Translations under genes and position numbers: made by a program
In this document: piece after piece, positions 9,875 to 17,228 of the stretch
Numbering within the stretch: position 1 is the stretch's first letter
How the letters are laid out: each line of letters starts with the position of its first letter
Assembly (NCBI GenBank): GCA_040005235.1
Contig: JBDTZG010000080.1
Span: forward strand, 1 to 19,936
Origin: Acidobacteriota bacterium
Lineage (GTDB): Bacteria; Acidobacteriota; Thermoanaerobaculia; Multivoradales; UBA5704
Direction: 5' to 3'
Length of the DNA: 19,936 bases
Notes under the pieces: model-generated
The model's input: the letters and a program-made list of their open reading frames with translations, nothing else
What the model was told of the DNA's origin: nothing
The model's database searches: none

Positions 9875-11190
9875 GCGAGCCTCCTGCGAGCCGCGGCGGC
9901 GTGGGCGGGAAGTCCCTCGGCATCGGCGAGCGCCGCTGCGGCACCCGCTCCGGCCTGGGCGGCCTCGCTGGAGAAACGGACCCGATGGAACCGGCGGACG
10001 AAATCCTCGACGTCGAGCCCGGAGGCGAATCGCGCGGAGCCGCAGGTCGGCAGCACGTGGCTCGGTCCCGCGATGTAGTCGCCGAACACCTCGGGGGTTA
10101 GTGGCCCCAGGAAAACCGCTCCAGCGTTGGCGATCCGCGGCGCCAACGCTTCCGCCCGCACTCCCACCAGCTGCAAATGTTCGGGCGCGATCCGTTCGAT
10201 CGCGAAGACCGCCTGGTCGTCGGTCGCGGCGATCAAGGCGACGCCGAACCGCGCGAGCGAAGCGCGGGCGGTCTCTTCGGTCGAGAGCGTCGGAAGTTGG
10301 CGTTCCAGCTCTTCCCGCACCGCTTGGGCGAAATTTCGATCGAACGTCACCAGCACCGCCGCCGCCCGCGGATCGTGCTCCGCTTGAGCGAGCAGATCGG
10401 CCGCGACCGAACCGGCCTCGACGCGCGGGTCGGCCGGATCCGCCGCGATCACCACCTCGCTCGGCCCCGCAAGGCCGTCGATCGCCACGTCGCCCTGCAC
10501 CTGCTGCTTCGCCGCCGCCACCCAGGCGTTGCCCGGCCCGAGGATCTTGTCCACCCGCGGCACGCTCTCGGTGCCATAGGCAAACGCCGCGATCGCGTGC
10601 GCGCCCCCCATTCCCCACACCTCGTCGATCCTCAAGCGCGCGAGCGTGAATCGAAGCGCCGCGCTCGCGTGGTAGGCGGCAGGAGGTGTGGCGACCGCGA
10701 TCGAAGGAACGCCCGCCAGGCGCGCCGGCAGCGCGGTCATCACGACCGTCGAAGGGTAGATCGCCCGGCCGCCCGGCACGTACAGGCCGACGCGGGCGAG
10801 CGGACGCACCACCTGCTCGATCTCGACCCCTTCGTGCGTGAGCGAAAAGCCGCGCGGCGCACGCCCGGCCCCTTCCAAATAGTAGCGCTCGACCGCCGCG
10901 ATCGCCCGTTCGAGCGCTGCCTCGAAGCCCGCGGGCAAGCTCGCACGATCCCGTTCCGGGTCGACCGGGAAGTGCCGCAGATCGGCGCCGCGGGCGACCG
11001 TCACCCCGTCCAGCCGGGCGACCAGCTCGACCAGCGCCGCATCCCCTTCGCGGCGGACGCGCGCGACGATCCGCGCCGCTTCCGCCATCAGCTTGCGGTC
11101 GAGCACGACACCGCCCCGCCGCTCCAGGCGTTCGAGCGCGCGCTCCCCTGCCGCCGTGCCGAGTGCCGAAGACTTGAGCATGCCGCTCAC
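9871..11190 (-). CDS. hisD: Histidinol dehydrogenase
   Basis: Motifs GLYVPGG, GGAHAIAAFAYGTESV, GPGNAWV, IDGLAGPSEV, DLLAQAEHD, APEHL, GDYIAGPSHVLPT, AEGLPAH. Start is GTG 11190 (GTGA overlap) or ATG 11181. Confidence 0.95.
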   Translation of the reverse strand: MSGMLKSSALGTAAGERALERLERRGGVVLDRKLMAEAARIVARVRREGDAALVELVARLDGVTVARGADLRHFPVDPERDRASLPAGFEAALERAIAAVERYYLEGAGRAPRGFSLTHEGVEIEQVVRPLARVGLYVPGGRAIYPSTVVMTALPARLAGVPSIAVATPPAAYHASAALRFTLARLRIDEVWGMGGAHAIAAFAYGTESVPRVDKILGPGNAWVAAAKQQVQGDVAIDGLAGPSEVVIAADPADPRVEAGSVAADLLAQAEHDPRAAAVLVTFDRNFAQAVREELERQLPTLSTEETARASLARFGVALIAATDDQAVFAIERIAPEHLQLVGVRAEALAPRIANAGAVFLGPLTPEVFGDYIAGPSHVLPTCGSARFASGLDVEDFVRRFHRVRFSSEAAQAGAGAAAALADAEGLPAHAAAARRRLA

Positions 11191-11813
11191 AGAGCCAGCT
11201 CCGCCGCTTCGAGCCGGGCCACCCACTCGTTCAAAACCGCGCGATGGCGCTGGTAGGCGGCGCGGTGCACGACCAGGCAGGGATGGATCACGTCGAGCAC
11301 CTCCACTTCGATCAGCCCGTTCTCGCGCAACGTCCGGCCGGTCTGCACGATGTCGAGCGCCAGGTCGGCGAGATCGAGCATCGGCGCCAGCTCGACCGAG
11401 CCCGACAATTCGAGGATCTCGGCGCCCCAGGAGCGCTCGGCGACCATCCGGCGCGCGGTCTTCGGGTATTTGGTCGCGAGACGGACCTGCTCCCCCGCCT
11501 TTGGCAGCTCACGGCTCTTGCCGATCAGAGAAAAATGGCAGGCGCCGTCGCGCAATCGGGCGGGCACGAGCAGGTCGCCGTCCACCTCACCCAGAACGTC
11601 GGAGCCGACCACGCCGCAATCGGCGATGCCGCGCTCGACGTACAGCGGCAGGTCCCAATCCTTCAAGAAAAGCACTTCGACCTCGCCGCCGTTCAACCGG
11701 GTCGAGAGCGCGCGCGTCTCGGGATCGAGCTTTTCGACCTCGACCCCCGCGACGCCGAACGCCGCGAGCGCCGCCTCCCGAATACGCCCCTTGGGCAGCG
11801 CGAGCCGGATCAT
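11187..11813 (-). CDS. hisG: ATP phosphoribosyltransferase, short form
   Basis: Motifs LALPKGR, GVVGSDVL, ATKYP, LSGSVELAP, DIVQTGRTLRENGL. At 208 aa it lacks the C-terminal regulatory domain, as expected for a HisZ partner. Confidence 0.95.
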   Translation of the reverse strand: MIRLALPKGRIREAALAAFGVAGVEVEKLDPETRALSTRLNGGEVEVLFLKDWDLPLYVERGIADCGVVGSDVLGEVDGDLLVPARLRDGACHFSLIGKSRELPKAGEQVRLATKYPKTARRMVAERSWGAEILELSGSVELAPMLDLADLALDIVQTGRTLRENGLIEVEVLDVIHPCLVVHRAAYQRHRAVLNEWVARLEAAELAL

Positions 11814-12808
11814 GACGGCACCACCGCGGTCAAACCATCGAGCCCGAGCGTGAAGCCGACGGCGGGAAGTTTGACTCCAAGCTGATCGAACAGCCGGTTG
11901 TAGCGCCCGCCGCCGCCGATTTCGAGCCCGCCTGCGCCGGCATAGCCCCGAAACACGAGACCGTCGTAGTAGGAGCGCTGGTGAGAGTCGGAAGTCCCGA
12001 GCTGCGGATCGAGGGTCAGTTGGGCGAACTCGGCGAGATCGACGGCCATCGAGATCTCAGGATGCAGCTCTGAAAGGGCGGCCACGGTTTCAATGCAGCG
12101 CGAGAGCCGCTCGCCCATGGCACCCAGCGCCGCCGGATCTGCCGGAGCGCCTTTATCGACCACTTCGAGCAAAGCCGCCGAACCGCCCAGCCGGCGCACC
12201 GCCGAACGCTCGCGGCGCGCGACGGCCGAGGCGAGGGCGGGGAGCGCGGGGAGATCACCGGCCCCGCCCGGTCCGCTCGCCCCGCCCGCTCGAATCAGCA
12301 GCTCGTCGAGCGCCCCGGCAAAGCCGACGATCACCGTCGGCCGCGGCACGCCGGTCGAGGCGAGCAAATCGAGAAACAGGCGCAACACCTCGGCCTCCGC
12401 CCCCTCGCCATCCTCCCCCAGAAGCTCCGCCCCCACCTGATAGCTCTCGCGCAGCCGGCCGGCCCGCTCCTCCGCCCAGCGGACGACGTCGCCGCGATAA
12501 AACAGCCGCAGGGGAAGAGAAAGACCGCCAAGGCGCGGCGCGATCAGCCGCGCGAGAAGCGGGGTGAAGTCCGAGCGCAGGGCGAGCACCTCGCCGTCGC
12601 GATCGACGAACCGATACAGCTCGCCCCGGCTCGCCGGAGAGAGCAAAGCCTCGTACGGCTCGGCATAATCGAGGATCGGCAGGACGACCTCGGAGTATTC
12701 GTTCTCGACGAGTCGGCCGACCAAGGCCTCCTCAAGGCTCTTCCGCCGGGCGGCGGCCCCGAACAGCAGAGCCGTAACCCCGATCGGCAAGCCGGTCGAG
12801 ATCCTCAC
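11810..12808 (-). CDS. hisZ: ATP phosphoribosyltransferase regulatory subunit (HisRS paralog)
   Basis: Motifs YRFVDRDGEVLALRSDFT, RLFYRGDV, QVGAEL, YYDGLVF, GGGRYNRL, PAVGF. GAGGA RBS before the GTG; adjacent to short-form hisG. Confidence 0.92.
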   Translation of the reverse strand: MRISTGLPIGVTALLFGAAARRKSLEEALVGRLVENEYSEVVLPILDYAEPYEALLSPASRGELYRFVDRDGEVLALRSDFTPLLARLIAPRLGGLSLPLRLFYRGDVVRWAEERAGRLRESYQVGAELLGEDGEGAEAEVLRLFLDLLASTGVPRPTVIVGFAGALDELLIRAGGASGPGGAGDLPALPALASAVARRERSAVRRLGGSAALLEVVDKGAPADPAALGAMGERLSRCIETVAALSELHPEISMAVDLAEFAQLTLDPQLGTSDSHQRSYYDGLVFRGYAGAGGLEIGGGGRYNRLFDQLGVKLPAVGFTLGLDGLTAVVPS

Positions 12809-12853
12809 GAGTTTTCCTCGCCAAATCCCTCGGGAAATCCGTATGTAGCGCTC

Positions 12854-12885
12854 AAAACAAAAACTCCTTCCGGGGCCGGAAGGAG
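12854..12885 (-). terminator. Intrinsic terminator (attenuator) in the operon leader
   Basis: mRNA sense CUCCUUCCG-GCCC-CGGAAGGAG (9-bp stem) followed by UUUUUGUUUU, ending 45 nt before the hisZ start. Confidence 0.92.
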
Positions 12886-12989
12886 ATTTCGAAAACCGAT
12901 CGCGTTCTCGTCCCGGGCCTTAAGGCCAAGGACAACAGCGTCCCGGCCTAGCTGGAGGTCTGATGATGGTGATGCCACCGCCACGCTGC
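12874..12989 (-). promoter_or_regulatory. Alternative RNA pairings of the attenuator (protector and antiterminator)
   Basis: Antiterminator: GGCCGGGA (12948-12941) pairs with UUCCGGCC (12881-12874) in the terminator 5' arm and loop. Protector: GCAGCGU (12989-12983) pairs with ACGCUGU (12941-12935). An intervening hairpin centres on GGCCUUAAGGCC. Found by eye, not by folding software. Confidence 0.7.
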
Positions 12990-13073
12990 AGACACCGAAG
13001 ACGCGACGACACCCTCGCCGATCGACAGGATCGAGAGAGGTGCGCGGTTCTGGGTGCGGTTGGCGGTCATCAT
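12948..13073 (-). CDS. His/Trp operon leader peptide, 41 aa: MMTANRTQNRAPLSILSIGEGVVASSVSAAWRWHHHHQTSS
   Basis: Manual translation. The run TGG CGG TGG CAT CAC CAT CAT (12982-12962) contains the only Trp and His codons of the ORF. It lies between a promoter-like sequence and a terminator. The start (ATG 13073 or 13070) has only a weak RBS. Confidence 0.85.
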   Translation of the reverse strand: MMTANRTQNRAPLSILSIGEGVVASSVSAAWRWHHHHQTSS

Positions 13074-13094
13074 CAAAAGTCCGTGACGGAGTGG

Positions 13095-13124
13095 AGTGTC
13101 TTCCGGCGGGGTGTGGGTTGTCAA
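13095..13124 (-). promoter_or_regulatory. Sigma70-type promoter for the leader and his-trp operon
   Basis: Perfect -35 TTGACA (13124-13119), 18-bp spacer, and a weak -10 GACACT (13100-13095), immediately after the aroDE stop codon. Confidence 0.6.
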
Positions 13125-13125
13125 G

Positions 13126-14619
13126 CTACCCCGCCCCCAACAACTCCCGCGCCAGATCCACCGGCATCTCTAGCCCGGTCATCCCCCGGAACTGACCGAA
13201 CGCCTGGGAGAGCAGGACCTCGCGGCCATCGATCGCGACAGCGCCGCGGGCGATTGCGGCAGCCAGGAGAGGCGTCGGCTCCAGGCTCTCGGCGCGGTAC
13301 ACGAGATCGACGACCACCGTTCCGGGGCGGATGCTCTCGACCGCGAACGGCAGCGGCTCGTCGTCTTTTCGGCCGAGCGAGGTCGCTTGGACCAGGATGT
13401 CGAAGCCGGAGGGGTCGAAACTTTCGAGTGGCGCGAACGCGAGGTGAAGCTCGGCCGCCGCGAGGCGCCCTTTCGCTTCGTTCCGATTCACCAGGGTCAC
13501 GCGGGCACCGGCTGCGGCGAGTCCGACCGCAGCGGAACGGCCCGCCCCGCCGGAGCCGATGACCGCCGCGCTCTTGCCCTTCACGTCGACGCCGCGGGCG
13601 CGGATCGGCAACACCACCCCTTCCGGATCGGTCGACTCTGCCTCCCATACGCCGTCGCGGAGGATCAGAGTATTCGCCGCACCGATCCGCTCGGCGAGCG
13701 GGCTCGACGCTCCCGCCACGGCCAGGGCCGATTCTTTGTGCGGCGCGGTGACCGACAGGCCGAGGAGCGGCAGGCCGATCTCCTCAAACACCGCCCCTTC
13801 GACCACGTCCAGCCAGAAGTCGCCGAAACCGTCGACGTGAAACGGCAGGTAGAGCGCCGGGATTCCGAGCGCGCGGTAGCAGCCGTTGTGCAGGCGTGGC
13901 GATAGGGAGTGGAAGACGGGATTGCCGACGATGCCGAACAGCGCCCGGATCGGCGGCAGCTCGGGCAGGCCGTAGTCGCCACGCAGTTTGGCGATCGAAA
14001 GCTGGCCGGGAGCACCGGGATTTTCGCTTGCCGAGCCGTAGACGACCGGCGCGCCGAGGCGCGGCGCCACCAGGCGGGTCCAGACGCCCGGCAGCCCCGA
14101 AGCGAACGCCGCCACGTCGCGCCGGCCGACTTCGGCAAGCAATTGGAGCGGCGCGAAGGCTTCCCCAGGCTGAATCGCCGCCGGGATCAACTTGTAGAGG
14201 AACGCCGGTTCGCCGAGCATCCGTTCGAGCCGCGCCTGAAGGCCGGGCAGCGGTGTCGGCCCACCGTGCCACGAGAGGATGCGCCGCTCGGGCGAGATGG
14301 CGGACAGCAGTCCGGCCGCGAGATCCCGCTCGGATTCGAGGTCGACCAAGTCATAGCCGACCGAAGCCTCGGCGATTCGCTTCTTCCGCTTGTCCGGAGC
14401 GGACTCCCCCGCGCCGCCTTCGTTCCTGCTGCGTAGCGTGTAGAGCAACCGGCCGGGAAATCGCGCCCGCAACGTCTCGGCCGGCAGATCGCCCAGCAGA
14501 TCCGCCCGCATTTCGAGCACGTCCGCCTGCGTCGCCAACCGATCGAGATCGGCATCACTCGGCAGCTCGGTGAGGGTCGCGATCAGGGTCGCGCGGTCGG
14601 GGGTGTCAGGAGCCTCCAT
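13126..14619 (-). CDS. aroDE: Fused type I 3-dehydroquinate dehydratase / shikimate dehydrogenase
   Basis: AroD motifs LEMRAD, YTLRSRNEGG, ILSWH, YKL, APGQLS. AroE motifs GNPVFHSLSPRLHN, SVTAPHK, GAANTL, STD, GSGGAGRS, VNR, DLVY, DGREVL. Start placed at ATG 14619. Confidence 0.9.
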   Translation of the reverse strand: MEAPDTPDRATLIATLTELPSDADLDRLATQADVLEMRADLLGDLPAETLRARFPGRLLYTLRSRNEGGAGESAPDKRKKRIAEASVGYDLVDLESERDLAAGLLSAISPERRILSWHGGPTPLPGLQARLERMLGEPAFLYKLIPAAIQPGEAFAPLQLLAEVGRRDVAAFASGLPGVWTRLVAPRLGAPVVYGSASENPGAPGQLSIAKLRGDYGLPELPPIRALFGIVGNPVFHSLSPRLHNGCYRALGIPALYLPFHVDGFGDFWLDVVEGAVFEEIGLPLLGLSVTAPHKESALAVAGASSPLAERIGAANTLILRDGVWEAESTDPEGVVLPIRARGVDVKGKSAAVIGSGGAGRSAAVGLAAAGARVTLVNRNEAKGRLAAAELHLAFAPLESFDPSGFDILVQATSLGRKDDEPLPFAVESIRPGTVVVDLVYRAESLEPTPLLAAAIARGAVAIDGREVLLSQAFGQFRGMTGLEMPVDLARELLGAG

Positions 14620-14677
14620 CAAACCCCACGCTCGCTGAGCTCGCGGACCGTCAGGGAAAAACGTCGAACTTTCACCA

Positions 14678-14687
14678 TAGGATTCTA
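14678..14687. promoter_or_regulatory. Possible overlapping divergent -10 elements between aroDE and the argE-like gene
   Basis: TAGGAT on the plus strand (14678-14683) overlaps TAGAAT on the minus strand (14687-14682) in the only AT-rich patch of the intergenic region. No clear -35 elements. Confidence 0.3.
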
Positions 14688-14732
14688 GTGCAGGTGGCCA
14701 CGGTCGCCCCCTCGCTTCCGCGAAAGCCCCCC

Positions 14733-15902
14733 ATGCCCACACTCCTCTCAGACTCCGACCTCCTTGCCCGGATCGTGGCGTTCGATACGGTCAGCTCGAA
14801 ATCGAACCTGCCGCTCGCGGATTTCATCGCGGATTACTTGGACCGGCCCAACGTGCGGATCGAGCGGCATCCCAGCCCGGACGGGACGAAGGCGAATCTA
14901 ATCGTCCGCGTCGGGCCGGAGCGGGACGACCGGGAGGGCTTGGCGCTCTCCGGGCACATGGACGTCGTGCCCGCCGGGGAGCCCGGGTGGCAGAGCGATC
15001 CCTTCACGTTGACCGACGGAGGAGATCGGTGGATCGCTCGGGGCGCCTGCGACATGAAGGGGTTCGTGGCACTGGCGGTGAACCTGGCGGCCGAAACCTC
15101 GGAGCGCGCCGGCAAGCTCTCCGCGCCGCTCGCACTCGTGCTCACCTACGACGAGGAGGTGGGCACCCTCGGCGCGCGCTGGTTGGCGGAAGACTATTCC
15201 GCGATCGACTCCCTTCCCCGCTCGATGATCGTCGGCGAGCCGACTTCACTTGCGGTGGTCGGCCTGCACAAGGGTCATTTGAAAATGCGCGCGACGTTCT
15301 CCGGCAAGAGCGCCCACTCGGGGTACCCACACCTAGGGGCCAACGCGATCGTTCCCGCCGGACGGGCGATCGTGGCGCTTGCCGAACTGGGCGCGGTGCT
15401 TCTGAAGGAGGGGGCTTCAAGCAGCGCGAGCTTTCCCGACGTGCCGTTCGCGGCGATCAACGTCGCCACCGTACACGGCGGCTCGGCGATCAACGTCGTG
15501 CCGGAACGCTGCGTCGTCGAGATCGGCGTGCGCACGATGCCGGGCCTCGAATCGAACGCCCTCGCGCCGAGGGTCGAAGCGGCGATCGCCTCAGTGCCCC
15601 TCCCCTCAGGCGTCACGGTGCGAACGGAGATCCTTTCGGACAGCCCGCCGATGATGCTGGATCCCGAGGCACCGATCCACCGCCTGCTCTGCGAGCTGAC
15701 CGGCCAAGTAGGGACGCGGAGCGTCGGCTTCGCCACCGACGCCGGCTGGCTCGCTCGCGCGGGGTTCGATTGCGCGGTGTGGGGCCCGGGGACGATCGAG
15801 GTCGCCCACAAGCCGAACGAGTGGATGCCTAAGCCTGAGTACGCCCAGGCGCGTACGCTCCTCGAACAGGCGATCGCGCGGTTCTGCGAGGGAGAGGCAT
15901 GA
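14733..15902 (+). CDS. argE: M20-family amidohydrolase, acetylornithine deacetylase-like; possibly an N-formylglutamate deformylase
   Basis: Motifs SGHMDVVP, RGACDMKG, YDEEVG, VGEPT, HKG, GKSAHS, GGSAINVVP, GPG, AHKPNE. Start ATG 14733. The family is secure; the substrate is not. Confidence 0.8.
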   Translation: MPTLLSDSDLLARIVAFDTVSSKSNLPLADFIADYLDRPNVRIERHPSPDGTKANLIVRVGPERDDREGLALSGHMDVVPAGEPGWQSDPFTLTDGGDRWIARGACDMKGFVALAVNLAAETSERAGKLSAPLALVLTYDEEVGTLGARWLAEDYSAIDSLPRSMIVGEPTSLAVVGLHKGHLKMRATFSGKSAHSGYPHLGANAIVPAGRAIVALAELGAVLLKEGASSSASFPDVPFAAINVATVHGGSAINVVPERCVVEIGVRTMPGLESNALAPRVEAAIASVPLPSGVTVRTEILSDSPPMMLDPEAPIHRLLCELTGQVGTRSVGFATDAGWLARAGFDCAVWGPGTIEVAHKPNEWMPKPEYAQARTLLEQAIARFCEGEA

Positions 15903-17191
15903 CCCGCTTCCTCGAAGCCGATCTCACCTGGACCGGCGAGCGGTTCGAGCCCGGAGTACGGATCGGCATCGACCCAGACGGCCGGATCGCGAGCGTCGGC
16001 AAAGCCGCCCCACCGCAGGATTCGCACGTCGAGCGCCTGGACGGACGGGCGCTGCTGCCTGGATTCGTGAACGTTCACTCCCACGCGTTCCAGCGCGGCC
16101 TACGCGGCCGGGGCGAGACCTTTCCGGCGGGGGCGGCGGGCAGTTTCTGGACCTGGCGCGAGGCGATGTACGGATTGGTCGAGACGATGACCCGAGATCG
16201 GATTCTGGAGCTGTCGTTCCAGGCATTCCGTGAGATGCGCGCGGCGGGGATCACCACCGTCGGGGAGTTCCATTACCTGCACCATGCGGGGCGGGGCGAC
16301 TTCTCGTTCGACAACGAGATCCTCGCAGCGGCCCATTCTGCGGGCATCCGTCTCGTGCTGTTGGAAACCTATTACCGCACGGGCGGAATCGGCCAACCTT
16401 TAAGCCCGGCGCAAAAGCGGTTTGACGGCGTCTCGCCCGACAACTATTGGCTGCAGATGCTCGCGCTCAGCGGACGCCTCGGTCGCCACCAGACGCTCGG
16501 CGCGGTGGTCCACAGCGTCCGCGCGGCGGACCTCGGCGAGTTGGGTGAGATCTACCGCGAGGCGCGGCGCCAGGGGCTCGTCTTCCACATCCACGTCGAA
16601 GAGCAGCAAAAGGAGATCGAGGACTGCCTCGTCGCCTACGGCAAAACGCCGATGGCCGCGCTGCTGGACGCCTGCGGCAGCGCCGAAGGGATCACAGCGG
16701 TCCACTGCACGCACACCTCGCCGGACGATCTCGTTCGATTCTTGGACGGCGGCGGCACGGCCTGCATCTGCCCGACGACCGAGGGCAACTTGGGCGATGG
16801 CTTGCCGGATCTAGCGCGATTCGTCGCCGCGCAAGGAGAGGCCGCCGCGCGGCTCGCCCTGGGCACCGACTCGAACGCGCGGATCTCGTTCCTCGAAGAG
16901 ATGCGCTGGCTCGAATACGGCCAGCGGGTGAGCACCGAAACGCGCGGCGCTTTGCGCGACGCAAACGGCGCGGTCGCCCCGGTGCTGCTCAAGGCCGCAA
17001 CCCTCGGCGGCGCCCGTTCGCTCGGTCTCGAAGCCGGCGAGATCCGCCCGGGCGCGTGGGCCGATTTCGCCGTGATCGACCTCGGTTGCCCCGAGCTGGA
17101 CGGCTGGGAGCCCGGCACCCTGCTCGACAGCCTGATCTTCGGCGCCGGCAACGGGGCGATCTTGGGGACCTGGGTGGGCGGCGTGCCGTAG
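15899..17191 (+). CDS. hutF: Formimidoylglutamate deiminase
   Basis: Motifs NVHSHAFQRGLRG, SFWTWREAMY, VGEFHYLHH, HSVRA, HIHVEEQ, CPTTEGNLGDG, GTDSN, EEMRWLEYGQR. ATGA overlap with the M20 gene. Confidence 0.9.
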   Translation: MTRFLEADLTWTGERFEPGVRIGIDPDGRIASVGKAAPPQDSHVERLDGRALLPGFVNVHSHAFQRGLRGRGETFPAGAAGSFWTWREAMYGLVETMTRDRILELSFQAFREMRAAGITTVGEFHYLHHAGRGDFSFDNEILAAAHSAGIRLVLLETYYRTGGIGQPLSPAQKRFDGVSPDNYWLQMLALSGRLGRHQTLGAVVHSVRAADLGELGEIYREARRQGLVFHIHVEEQQKEIEDCLVAYGKTPMAALLDACGSAEGITAVHCTHTSPDDLVRFLDGGGTACICPTTEGNLGDGLPDLARFVAAQGEAAARLALGTDSNARISFLEEMRWLEYGQRVSTETRGALRDANGAVAPVLLKAATLGGARSLGLEAGEIRPGAWADFAVIDLGCPELDGWEPGTLLDSLIFGAGNGAILGTWVGGVP

Positions 17192-17228
17192 TTCTCGGGG
17201 AGTAAGATCGCGCCTAAGAGCGCGAATC

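Noticed and set aside
74-12440. Long plus-strand ORFs opposite the operon (for example 4175-5944, 7661-10078, 1457-2611)
   Set aside because: They are antisense shadows of GC-rich genes, with R/P/A-rich low-complexity translations and no motifs.
12809-13094. T-box riboswitch in the leader
   Set aside because: No T-box consensus precedes the terminator, and a leader peptide with control codons explains the region.
12963-13562. Plus-strand 199-aa ORF starting MMVMPP
   Set aside because: Its ATG/GTG starts are the reverse complement of the His codons in the leader, and the rest is antisense to aroDE.
2185-14742. Extended N-termini in the ORF track for trpD (3378), hisA (8139), hisH (9029), hisCB (10618), hisD (11226) and aroDE (14742)
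   Set aside because: The extensions overlap neighbouring genes or intergenic DNA and carry no family motifs. For the his and trp genes, starts at the stop/start overlaps match the family N-termini.
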